Positions 8,214-16,286 of a stretch of DNA of 35,740 nt are shown one piece after another (position 1 is the stretch's first letter; each line of letters begins with the position of its first letter). The stretch comes from a virus, in IMG/VR virus record IMGVR_UViG_3300032103_000002, positions 1 through 35,740 of that record; one strand, written 5' to 3'. A model generated the notes under the pieces. It saw only the letters and a program-made list of their open reading frames with translations, had not been told where the DNA came from and did no database searches. Position numbers and translations under genes: made by a program.

Positions 8214-10499
8214 TTAACTATAGACTTTTGGTTTGCCCTGCATTAGAGCAGCCATGTCAAGTTTAGTTTCAGCATCAGTGCCCATCATCTCAGCCATGAT
8301 CTGTTGAGTCTTGGCTTCGCTCAGTGCTGCTGCTGCTAAATCTTTCTTATCTTCTGGACTTGGTTGCTTGCCTTCTTGTGCCTTCTTACTGCTTTCAATC
8401 ATAGCAACAACTTCGTCATCACTTGGCAAGTAAGTGTTGCAATCTTTAACACCTAAAACATACAGAGTGTCTTCAAAAGGCTTTTTGACCTTTTTATACA
8501 CTTCAGGAGTTAGGGTGCCACTTGCTGCCATTTGACTGACCATAGCATATAAATCTGTTTGACACTTTTGGATAATCTGTAAACGACCTAGTGCGTTTTC
8601 TTCACTCATCATACCAATAGCAAGTTCTAAGTGGATGTTCTTACGGTCACAGAAATTCATGTCATCCCAGGCTTTATAGTCAATAAACTCTGCCTTACGA
8701 TCTGGGTGGAACTCTTGTGCTAATTTCTTAACACCGTAGTCATCACCATACTGTATTAGTGTTCGCCATACCAACCATAGTGCTTCACGCAATCCTTCTG
8801 CGGCATTACGAATGGTGTTGTCTTGGATAATCTGGTTAGGAGTTAAGGCAAGTTGTAGTTTAACACCCGAATTACCAGCAGCCATAACTTCCGGATTAAA
8901 CACATCGCTAGGTGTAGTCATACCAACCATAGCCATAGTATCTTGCTGGATACGGTTCATAGCAACTTCCAAGAATTGTAAGTTTCCGCTAGGAGCAGGC
9001 ATTGGATAGACATCCTTACTTGGGTCAAACTTGCTATCAAGAATAAAGATAGCAGCCTCACCGTCTTGCATCATTTCAAAGTCAACACGGTCTGGTTTAA
9101 CACCAATACGGGGCGTAGCAGTTAACAAGCCCAACTGAATTTCAGCACGAGCAGCAGCAGTATTGTATTCCTGCATAGGAATAACACTTTCAGCGATGCT
9201 CATACCGTAGAAGTTTCCTGGTAGTGGTTTTGGACACATGTTAGCAACGGGGATAAACTCAACTTCACGGGCACTGATAATATATTGTCCGCTGTAGATT
9301 AATTCTACAAGTTCTAATTCACCATCACCGTCAATGTCATACTTGTTCCAGACTGTGACAATGCTGACCTGACGACTATCTGGATCGGCACTAGCAGCAC
9401 TGCTAACAGGAATACCCATAACTGGCACACTATCACGGGCGTGAATAGCCAAGTTGTTTAATACCGAACCTGCTTGATAAGCACCGTTCATGTTGTATTC
9501 AGCATACTCACGGAATGCTTCTAAGTTGTTTTGGATATCAGGATAAAGATCGCATGCTTCCTGAATAGTCATTGGGTCATAATAACCGCAGAAAGGTTGA
9601 TCTTTCATCTCAGGCACTGTAGGATCACAAATCCAATAGTGTTGTGCGATAGGATGGAATTTGATGTTAATCATATAGCCAGTAAGTTTATACTTGGCTT
9701 TATAAATTGTATTACGACGAATAGCCTCTTGTAGAATGTCATTCTGGCTACCTGTGTATTCTGTCATTAAGGTATCTTCATCAGCACCTAATGGATTTTC
9801 TTGATCTTCTGGTAGTTGATTAAAACTATCCAAAGTCTTGCCAATCATGTCTTCGGCAAACGCCATTTGGTTTTCACCCATGAGCGTTTTAACTTCTTCC
9901 ATGACTTTTGCCATATCAACAGTTGAACGGCGTTTGCTTTGGCGTAGTGCAGTTAAACCACTTTCGGATGCTTGAACTTCAAATGCTTTAAGTTGGGCTA
10001 ATGTGCCTTCGGTTTCAATATAACGAGTAATCTGTTCACGAACAGGCTTAATCATCATCATGCCGTTTTTGTGCATGTTAGCATCCATGATCCAACGCTC
10101 TAGAACAAAGTGTGGGTCATTCATTTGGTTAACAACTTTGCTAACCATATTAGTTGCTTGTCGTGCTGCTACTTCATCTTCTTCTGTGTCTGCCACATAC
10201 TCAAAGTTAATTTCGCCATTGGGCATCAAACCCTTGGCAATAACTGCTGTGGCGTAATCAACCACTGGCTTAACGCTTGGGTGGATATAATCAATTCCGT
10301 TCACTGGTGCTGTAGAATCAGTAACAGCAAGACATAGGTAGTGATAATCACTGGCACGGTTTACGGCGTTCTTGGTGCCAAGATAGCGTAAATAACTTGC
10401 CATCTTAACATCCATTTGGTTTTTCATACGCACGAACCTAGCGTTTGTCTTGTTGTTCTGGTTAATGTCCGTGACTGGAATTTGTTTAATATCTAGCAT
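8214..10499 (-). CDS. Portal protein (761 aa)
   Basis: Large acidic ORF downstream of the large terminase and upstream of scaffold and capsid, with a helical charged C-terminus. Confidence 0.75.
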   Translation of the reverse strand: MLDIKQIPVTDINQNNKTNARFVRMKNQMDVKMASYLRYLGTKNAVNRASDYHYLCLAVTDSTAPVNGIDYIHPSVKPVVDYATAVIAKGLMPNGEINFEYVADTEEDEVAARQATNMVSKVVNQMNDPHFVLERWIMDANMHKNGMMMIKPVREQITRYIETEGTLAQLKAFEVQASESGLTALRQSKRRSTVDMAKVMEEVKTLMGENQMAFAEDMIGKTLDSFNQLPEDQENPLGADEDTLMTEYTGSQNDILQEAIRRNTIYKAKYKLTGYMINIKFHPIAQHYWICDPTVPEMKDQPFCGYYDPMTIQEACDLYPDIQNNLEAFREYAEYNMNGAYQAGSVLNNLAIHARDSVPVMGIPVSSAASADPDSRQVSIVTVWNKYDIDGDGELELVELIYSGQYIISAREVEFIPVANMCPKPLPGNFYGMSIAESVIPMQEYNTAAARAEIQLGLLTATPRIGVKPDRVDFEMMQDGEAAIFILDSKFDPSKDVYPMPAPSGNLQFLEVAMNRIQQDTMAMVGMTTPSDVFNPEVMAAGNSGVKLQLALTPNQIIQDNTIRNAAEGLREALWLVWRTLIQYGDDYGVKKLAQEFHPDRKAEFIDYKAWDDMNFCDRKNIHLELAIGMMSEENALGRLQIIQKCQTDLYAMVSQMAASGTLTPEVYKKVKKPFEDTLYVLGVKDCNTYLPSDDEVVAMIESSKKAQEGKQPSPEDKKDLAAAALSEAKTQQIMAEMMGTDAETKLDMAALMQGKPKVYS

Positions 10500-10519
10500 T
10501 AGATTTTCCTTGTGATGAC

Positions 10520-10651
10520 TTATTTAGCCTGCTTATCTTCGGGCTTTTCGTTCTCTTTAGGCTTATCCTTTTTGCCAAAGATAGCGTCAAAGTTATCTCT
10601 ATATTGTTCTCTTGGAACATCAAACGGGCGTGGAACACTTCCTTTTCCCAT
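10520..10651 (-). CDS. Small conserved-looking ORF (43 aa), MGKGSVPRPFDVPREQYRDNFDAIFGKKDKPKENEKPEDKQAK
   Basis: Not in the ORF track because it is under 60 aa. AGGAG lies 4 nt upstream of the ATG at 10651, and it fills the gap before the portal gene. The KPRP...F...NWD/FDAIFGKK pattern is one I recall from many unannotated small phage ORFs. Confidence 0.55.
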   Translation of the reverse strand: MGKGSVPRPFDVPREQYRDNFDAIFGKKDKPKENEKPEDKQAK

Positions 10652-10659
10652 ATATCTCC

Positions 10660-10866
10660 TTAATTTAATATAATTCTTGGACGAGTCAACTCATCCTGCA
10701 TATTACAAGCCATGCATTCATGCTCAAATGCATCTTCATCTGTCATTTTCACGATCTGTATTTCTTTGTCTAAACTCGTCATAATCTCGGCATATGCCTT
10801 GGCATGTTGCTCACATAATATTGTGGCAGCGTCATCTACAACAACTATAAAAAGTTCATCTGTCAT
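10660..10866 (-). CDS. Small acidic protein (68 aa from MTDELF; the track start at 10878 is the alternative)
   Basis: The ATG at 10866 forms an ATGA overlap with the stop of the upstream 65-aa ORF. The sequence contains CEQH...HECMAC. Confidence 0.5.
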   Translation of the reverse strand: MTDELFIVVVDDAATILCEQHAKAYAEIMTSLDKEIQIVKMTDEDAFEHECMACNMQDELTRPRIILN

Positions 10867-11060
10867 TTTAAAATCCATTTCTTTGCTATATCAACACCAC
10901 CCACAATACCTGCGTAGGCGGTGAGCAGAGTCCAATCCAAGGTATCTGCTCGTTGGATAATAACCCAGGTGCATGTAGCAAAACAAACGCTTGTCCAAAA
11001 GCGTGTCATGCTAAATTTACCTTGTAGATCACTAAAGAATGTTTTAAGCACTTGCGTCAT
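10863..11060 (-). CDS. Small membrane protein with two predicted TM segments (65 aa), a holin-like candidate
   Basis: Hydrophobic stretches FWTSVCFATCTWVII and WTLLTAYAGIVGGV with a charged C-terminus DIAKKWILK. It overlaps the TerL 3' end. Confidence 0.35.
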   Translation of the reverse strand: MTQVLKTFFSDLQGKFSMTRFWTSVCFATCTWVIIQRADTLDWTLLTAYAGIVGGVDIAKKWILK

Positions 11061-12657
11061 ATGCTTTCTTCCATGCAGGCTTGTTGCTATAATCTCTTGT
11101 TATATATCTTTCCCGCTGTGCTGCCATTCGCTGTGCTGGTGTGCGATTGTCCCAATCTTCCGCGATTCCTTGGAGACATGCCAATATACCATAACGACAA
11201 CTATCAATGCAGTCATCAGGGTCACTAAATCGTCCTTTTTCATCGACATAATAGTTAGTTGCTTCCTGTATAAAATGGGTGCAGTTTTCGTTAATCATCA
11301 AACTACCAACTTCTAACATCTGTCGCATCTGGTTAATGCCATAGGCTTTGTGGTTTGTTTGTCTGCCTTGACTGTCTGGCGGATTTAAGATTGCCCGTTC
11401 ATAAACATTAAGTTCATAACTTTCAAACAGTTCACGAATACTAGCACTACTCATAGTGTATCTACCAGCGGTGTTTGCGTCAGCAGGTAATACAATAGGT
11501 GTGCCAAACACTTCTGGTCGCAACAAGTGATTGATATATTGTGTAGGCACTGCTTCTTCTGTGCCTTGCACTACAATCTGCTTGTGTAACCATGCTGTTT
11601 TCTCAACTGGCTCCCAATAGATTAAACTGATAACCGTCTTGTCATTAACCAATCCCAAGTCAAGGCTAATAACTCGCTGTAGATTTTTCATATTAGCAAA
11701 GTCGTAATCGCCAGTTTTGTAAGTTGGGAAACTGTTTAACTGGAATACAGCACCTTTACCCATAACTGGTTTACCAGCAATACGGGCTTCTCGCTCATGT
11801 GGCAAGTAGTCTTTTTCCAACTGCTTACGGGTGCTCATCAGCAAGAATGGTTGACCCCAAGGATCATATTCAGGCACATCATCCCATGATACGCGGATAT
11901 AGTTATAACCTTCTTCGTGATTCCAGAACTTACTAACCAATCCGTTCAGACCTTTAAGCGGCGTAAAAGAACATAAGACTTTACCTTGTGTAGTAGCAGT
12001 TCGGGTAACGATTTCACTAAAGAAGTCGTCTGGTGGCTGCTCGTCAAAAACTGCTAGGTTCAATTTAAAACCTTGCAGTTGGCGAACTTCCTGTGTGTAG
12101 TTGGCAAATAACAAATAACTTTTAGCACCACTGGTATGCTTAATCTCAACACCAATACAGTTAGCACCATCATTACGCATTGTGTCTACAACGATACAAT
12201 GTTTAGGAATGGCACCTGTGCCAATGTTTTCTGTGATTTTGATATCTGGTGTGCCTAATAGTTCTTGTTGTAAAACAAGTGCTACCTGTGACCAACCTTC
12301 ACCTGCAACCATACAAGTGATCGCTTTGTTAAATCTATGTCCTGTCCACCATTCTGGATATTGTCCAGTTAGGTGCATAGCAGTTTCGTAGCAAGTTGAG
12401 ACTGTTTTACCAATACGGTTAGCAGCCAATATGCCTCTACGCTCGCTGGCACCTGTGGCAAAGAATCGTAGTTGATGCTCAAACGGTCTAAAGTATTTTA
12501 ACTGATTGAATCGCATGTCTTCTGCAATTGTCATGGCTAAATCCTGCATCTGTGCTTTTAACGGACCAGGAATAGTTATCAGTGCTTCTTCAGTTAAGTT
12601 GTTAGTGTCAACAACATAACGCAAGGCACGAGCCATTAATACTTCATTACCTATCAC
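11044..12657 (-). CDS. terL: Terminase large subunit (537 aa)
   Basis: Walker A-like ILAANRIGKTVS, Walker B-like LNLAVFDEQ and a C-terminal nuclease-type region (ISLDLGLVNDKT...). GTG start at 12657 with AGGAGA 5 nt upstream. Confidence 0.9.
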   Translation of the reverse strand: MIGNEVLMARALRYVVDTNNLTEEALITIPGPLKAQMQDLAMTIAEDMRFNQLKYFRPFEHQLRFFATGASERRGILAANRIGKTVSTCYETAMHLTGQYPEWWTGHRFNKAITCMVAGEGWSQVALVLQQELLGTPDIKITENIGTGAIPKHCIVVDTMRNDGANCIGVEIKHTSGAKSYLLFANYTQEVRQLQGFKLNLAVFDEQPPDDFFSEIVTRTATTQGKVLCSFTPLKGLNGLVSKFWNHEEGYNYIRVSWDDVPEYDPWGQPFLLMSTRKQLEKDYLPHEREARIAGKPVMGKGAVFQLNSFPTYKTGDYDFANMKNLQRVISLDLGLVNDKTVISLIYWEPVEKTAWLHKQIVVQGTEEAVPTQYINHLLRPEVFGTPIVLPADANTAGRYTMSSASIRELFESYELNVYERAILNPPDSQGRQTNHKAYGINQMRQMLEVGSLMINENCTHFIQEATNYYVDEKGRFSDPDDCIDSCRYGILACLQGIAEDWDNRTPAQRMAAQRERYITRDYSNKPAWKKAYDASA

Positions 12658-12689
12658 ATCACTCTCCTACATAAAATATTTCACCAGTG

Positions 12690-13013
12690 TCATTCCGTAT
12701 GTGTTGGTATACTTTGAAATCCATCTTTTACCTCTTTATGAACTAGGAAAATATTGTGTAATGCAGCACTTAGTGCTTCAATTTCTTGGGCAGTAGCACT
12801 CCATGTTTCTAAGTTACTTAGATCAGTTGGTTTTTTTAGCAACACTGCATGTAAGCGTTCAGCAGTTAGACGCAGGATATGATCTACTTGACCAGGGAAT
12901 CTGCTTCTAAATGCTTCACGGTGTGCTGCATTGACTTTTTGCAATATCAGCGTATCTCTGGTAACACGCTGTTGTTGTGCTTGGTCAACGAGTGGTTTGA
13001 TATGTTCCATCAT
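12690..13013 (-). CDS. Hypothetical helical protein (107 aa), a positional candidate for small terminase
   Basis: Immediately upstream of terL, with an ATGA overlap to the preceding gene. No motif recognised. Confidence 0.3.
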   Translation of the reverse strand: MMEHIKPLVDQAQQQRVTRDTLILQKVNAAHREAFRSRFPGQVDHILRLTAERLHAVLLKKPTDLSNLETWSATAQEIEALSAALHNIFLVHKEVKDGFQSIPTHTE

Positions 13014-13807
13014 TTATCCAAATCCCACGGATTGTCTGCTGCTGCACCACTGATACTTGCAAACTCACGATCAACGAAAATATCCCATTGATTACCGTTG
13101 TTAACACGGAACTTTGCACTTTGCATCATAGCACGCAAGCGTTTGCCCTGTGGCGTTAGTGTGCCATCTTCACGAACTGCGGTTTGTTCACCTGTGCGTG
13201 GGTCTAACCACTTCATAATCTCTGGACGCTCTCTGCCATACTTGTCTATCTTAGTGCCATGAGGTTTTAATTCAAGTGGTCCAAGAATCTCATAACTGAT
13301 TTGTCCATTGTTATACTTACGGAACATAACATGAACTTTCTTATCTTCTGCACGAGCATCTGGATCAGGATGCGGAACCATAGGAGTGTAGAATGTGTTT
13401 TGGACTTGGTTTTGTGCTGGTAGTGTTTTATCACGAGCAGGTTTAGCCTTGAGTGGTTCTTCAGGCACCATCTCGCTTTTCTCTACATATGGATTATCTC
13501 TACCAATAAAGATATCATCAACTGGAATACCGTTTAGCACATCCATAGCGATTTGATACTTGAGTTTGTTGGCTCTGCCTTTTAGGTTAAGCACAATACC
13601 TGTTTCGTCAAATACGAAACGCTCAAGTTCTTTGGCTGTAGGAAAGTCTGTCATTAGACCTTCTAAGTCAAAATCTGTGTTGGTGATTGATTTGGGGATT
13701 TTAGGAACTGCTACAGGTTCAGCGACACTGGCGGTTTCAACGACTTCAATGGGAGCATCGTCCCATACATTATCTTCTGTTTTAGAAGCAGGAGCATTTT
13801 TCTTCAT
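13010..13807 (-). CDS. Hypothetical protein (265 aa)
   Basis: First ORF after the terminator at 13835-13862. No motif recognised. Confidence 0.5.
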   Translation of the reverse strand: MKKNAPASKTEDNVWDDAPIEVVETASVAEPVAVPKIPKSITNTDFDLEGLMTDFPTAKELERFVFDETGIVLNLKGRANKLKYQIAMDVLNGIPVDDIFIGRDNPYVEKSEMVPEEPLKAKPARDKTLPAQNQVQNTFYTPMVPHPDPDARAEDKKVHVMFRKYNNGQISYEILGPLELKPHGTKIDKYGRERPEIMKWLDPRTGEQTAVREDGTLTPQGKRLRAMMQSAKFRVNNGNQWDIFVDREFASISGAAADNPWDLDK

Positions 13808-13834
13808 ACTATACCTTTCTAGACTAATAAATGC

Positions 13835-13862
13835 AAAATGGAGAACTTGTGTCCTCCATTTT
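13835..13862 (-). terminator. Hairpin terminator closing the small-protein operon; T-runs on both strands
   Basis: AAAATGGAGAAC-TTGT-GTCCTCCATTTT, a 12-bp stem with one A.C mismatch, flanked by A/T runs. Confidence 0.7.
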
Positions 13863-13875
13863 ATTTAGCGTTTGA

Positions 13876-14349
13876 TTATCGCATTCTTCGTCGCAGTATA
13901 CCACCACTACGCATAGGCGGACGATAATTTGCTGGAGCAGGTTTTAATCCGCCAGAGAACGCTGTGTTTATGACTTGATTAGGTAATTGTTGAACTGTAT
14001 TAGCCAAAGCATTGCCTAACACATTACTTTGTGTATTAGGTGATTGAGAAGCCATACTTTGTATTTGTGAGCCAAGTTGATTGCCTAATGTGTTTGCAAT
14101 TTGCCATACAGCACCATCGCCCATACTCTTACCACCAGTGCTTGAACTGTCAATAGGAGCAGCAGGTGTTTGGGTAGGCATTGGTGGCTGAAATGGACTT
14201 TCTTGACCGTAGATAGGATTGTTAGCCATCTGTTGAGTTTGATCTGCAACAGGTGCTTCATAAGGCATGCCAATACCGAATGGTCTTGATTCGCCGCTAG
14301 TTAAGGCACCGCCGACTACATTACCTATAGACGAAAATATACCACTCAT
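13876..14349 (-). CDS. Low-complexity G/Q/N/P-rich protein (157 aa), possibly a minor virion or ejected protein
   Basis: N-terminus MSGIFSSIGNVVGGAL, Q/N/S-rich repeats (LGNQLGSQIQS, LGNALANTVQQL) and a basic tail RRRMR. Last gene of the 15432->13876 operon. Confidence 0.45.
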   Translation of the reverse strand: MSGIFSSIGNVVGGALTSGESRPFGIGMPYEAPVADQTQQMANNPIYGQESPFQPPMPTQTPAAPIDSSSTGGKSMGDGAVWQIANTLGNQLGSQIQSMASQSPNTQSNVLGNALANTVQQLPNQVINTAFSGGLKPAPANYRPPMRSGGILRRRMR

Positions 14350-14351
14350 GA

Positions 14352-14609
14352 TTACTTACGCTTTCCTGCGTTGCCCTTAGTTGGACCACGACCTACATTA
14401 GTGTTGCTATGAACACCCTCAAGTGCTGGATTAGTTCTTGCACCCTGTCCACGACCACGCATTGCTAATGCATCAGTAACCATATTAGCTAATGCTGCAC
14501 GCTCGCTGCCTGTAGAACTTTTCTCGCTCATAAATGCACTACGCTTTTCTGCGTTGCCTGCGTTACCAACTGTTGGTCCACGCTTTTGATTAATGTCTTT
14601 TGTTGCCAT
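14352..14609 (-). CDS. Small basic protein with two RGPT(K/V)GN motifs (85 aa)
   Basis: INQKRGPTVGNAG at aa 6-18 and TNVGRGPTKGNAG at aa 70-82. Paralogous to the upstream 95-aa ORF. Confidence 0.6.
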   Translation of the reverse strand: MATKDINQKRGPTVGNAGNAEKRSAFMSEKSSTGSERAALANMVTDALAMRGRGQGARTNPALEGVHSNTNVGRGPTKGNAGKRK

Positions 14610-14624
14610 GTTAATATTCCCTAA

Positions 14625-14912
14625 TTAGCAACCGCAGTTGCCTTTAGTTGGTCCACGCTTCATATCAATTTTGGCATCTGCTCCAGGCTTTTTAACCTGT
14701 GTTCCACCAATACCACGATATTGTGCTGTGCCTGTTGCACCTGTTGGTGCTCCTGCATAAGTGTTTGTGCCGTTGTTGCCCTTAGTAGGACCACGACCTG
14801 CATTAGTAACAGCAGTTAAACCGCTGTGATTACCTGCAAAACGGTTCTTGCCACGGTTTACACCATCGCCCTTCATACCGTCAAAATCTAAATTGCTATC
14901 TGTTGCTTTCAT
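14625..14912 (-). CDS. Small basic protein with two RGPTKGN motifs (95 aa), ending in GNCGC
   Basis: TNAGRGPTKGNNG at aa 36-48 and IDMKRGPTKGNCG at aa 82-94. ATGA overlap with the upstream 50-aa ORF. Confidence 0.6.
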   Translation of the reverse strand: MKATDSNLDFDGMKGDGVNRGKNRFAGNHSGLTAVTNAGRGPTKGNNGTNTYAGAPTGATGTAQYRGIGGTQVKKPGADAKIDMKRGPTKGNCGC

Positions 14913-15061
14913 TTGCTTTTTCCTTTAGGAGTTTTCTTAGCCGCTGCTCGCTTTGTGGCATATGCGATTGCCACGGCTTGCTTTGGAGGCTTACCAGCAG
15001 CAATTTCTTTTTTGACATTCTTAGCGAATGCTTTTTTAGAAGTAGACTTAATCAACGGCAT
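14909..15061 (-). CDS. Small lysine-rich protein (50 aa), MPLIKSTSKKAFAKNVKKEIAAGKPPKQAVAIAYATKRAAAKKTPKGKSK
   Basis: Not in the ORF track. ATG at 15061, and its stop forms an ATGA overlap with the 95-aa ORF. The S-KKA...K.E...GKP.KQA(V/I)AIA(Y/L) pattern is one I recall from a widespread small-protein family in bacteria and phages. Confidence 0.6.
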   Translation of the reverse strand: MPLIKSTSKKAFAKNVKKEIAAGKPPKQAVAIAYATKRAAAKKTPKGKSK

Positions 15062-15069
15062 AGTATTAT

Positions 15070-15432
15070 TTAGTCCTTATTGATACCAGTTAGTTTGGCA
15101 AGTGCTTCAGCAAATGCTGCCTTTTTAGCCTCAACTGCGTCTTTATCTTCAGTGACTTCAATCTGTGTTAATGTAGTCATAACCTTTTGTAATATCAACT
15201 GGTGATACTTCATTAACAATGCGTAATCTTTGTTTGTTCGTGCTTCTAAAAAGTCCTGAACTAATATTTCCTCGTAACTCTTGCCATTGGCTTTTACTTG
15301 GATTGTTTCCAGCAAACTTTTCGCTGTTAATTTGTCAGTGGAACCTTTTGGACGACCTGCACCACTACGAGCACCGCCTTTGGGCTTGTGCTTTTTCTCT
15401 GTGCTAGGTTCTAAATCTTTTTTGTTTTCCAT
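15070..15432 (-). CDS. Putative DNA-binding protein (120 aa) with an AT-hook-like GAGRPKGS N-terminus
   Basis: Basic N-terminus KKHKPKGGARSGAGRPKGS followed by a helical domain. First gene of the operon that diverges from the plus-strand cassette. It could be a small terminase or a regulator. Confidence 0.35.
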   Translation of the reverse strand: MENKKDLEPSTEKKHKPKGGARSGAGRPKGSTDKLTAKSLLETIQVKANGKSYEEILVQDFLEARTNKDYALLMKYHQLILQKVMTTLTQIEVTEDKDAVEAKKAAFAEALAKLTGINKD

Positions 15433-15501
15433 ACTAATATTTATGCCTTTTCTATAATAGGTCTGTCAAGGTAAATACTTGAGCATTGAAAGGAATAGCA
15501 A
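15433..15501. promoter_or_regulatory. Divergent intergenic region between the minus-strand operon (15432) and the plus-strand cassette (15502)
   Basis: 69-bp AT-rich spacer with TATAAT at 15453-15458 on the plus strand but a poor -35. RBS AAGGA lies 8 nt before the ATG at 15502. Confidence 0.35.
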
Positions 15502-15999
15502 ATGATATACAACTGGCGTCCCGCTACTGGCAACGATGTTGCTGCTATCGTTAAAATGGCTCAAGACCATTTTCAACAAGAAATTGATCTAATCTTTACT
15601 CCTGATCCTGTTGCCTACAGTCGCAATATCACATTGGCTGTAGTCAATCAATTTTATCTCCCCACTACTGAACTACTCAGTGTTGCTTACAGTGATAGTG
15701 GGCAACTGTTAGCATACACTTGGGCAAGAAGCAATGAGCGTGCTGCTTGGAGTGATGACCGTATGGTGGTTATCCGAATGGCACACGTTGCTCTTGACCT
15801 CTCTGCTCGTGTTCGCGTAAACTTAATAACAGATATGATGACACTCTGGGAAAACTTTGCAGTATATTCTCAAACACCTATCATCTGTAGTACGACTATG
15901 CGAAACGATCAAACTACTTTCCTAAAACTGCATAAACGCAACGACTATGATGTTCGTGGCAGTTATGCTTATAAACGACTAAACCTTAAGGCACAATAA
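15502..15999 (+). CDS. GNAT-fold N-acetyltransferase-like protein (165 aa)
   Basis: N-terminus of type WRPATGNDVAAIVKMAQDHF. Core IRMAHVALDLSARVRVNLITDMM...IICSTTMRNDQTTFLKLHKRNDYDV matches the beta4-alpha3...beta5-alpha4 layout of GNATs. The Q/RxxGxG/A acetyl-CoA loop is degenerate (SARVRV). Confidence 0.5.
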   Translation: MIYNWRPATGNDVAAIVKMAQDHFQQEIDLIFTPDPVAYSRNITLAVVNQFYLPTTELLSVAYSDSGQLLAYTWARSNERAAWSDDRMVVIRMAHVALDLSARVRVNLITDMMTLWENFAVYSQTPIICSTTMRNDQTTFLKLHKRNDYDVRGSYAYKRLNLKAQ

Positions 16000-16286
16000 T
16001 GAACAAACAAGAAATACTCAGGCACTTATCTGGCTTTTGCCCTGACATTACCGTAGACGGTGAGCGATATGTTTACATCAACAATAACTTTGTCTGCGGA
16101 CTAGAAGTTAGTGACGACACCATCACACTATTTTATCCATTCCGTGGCAAAGAAAAATGCGAACAATACAGCAACATCAATGACTACGATGATATAATTG
16201 CAGTCTGGGGCGAATTTAGATTTCGTAGTAAAACAATTGCCGACAAACTGCAAAAGGAGAAACTAAAAAAGTTACTCCAAGGTTGA
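15999..16286 (+). CDS. Hypothetical protein (95 aa), translationally coupled to the GNAT-like gene
   Basis: TAATG stop/start overlap at 15997-16001. Its 3' end overlaps the convergent Dps gene by 15 nt. Confidence 0.5.
   Translation: MNKQEILRHLSGFCPDITVDGERYVYINNNFVCGLEVSDDTITLFYPFRGKEKCEQYSNINDYDDIIAVWGEFRFRSKTIADKLQKEKLKKLLQG

Noticed and set aside
14085-14273. 62-aa minus-strand ORF nested in the 157-aa gene, with similar nested ORFs at 2531-2737, 26427-26729, 29092-29274 and 34770-35063
   Set aside because: These are alternate frames inside longer, better supported ORFs. They have no independent RBS, and their products are leucine- and histidine-rich nonsense-like sequences.
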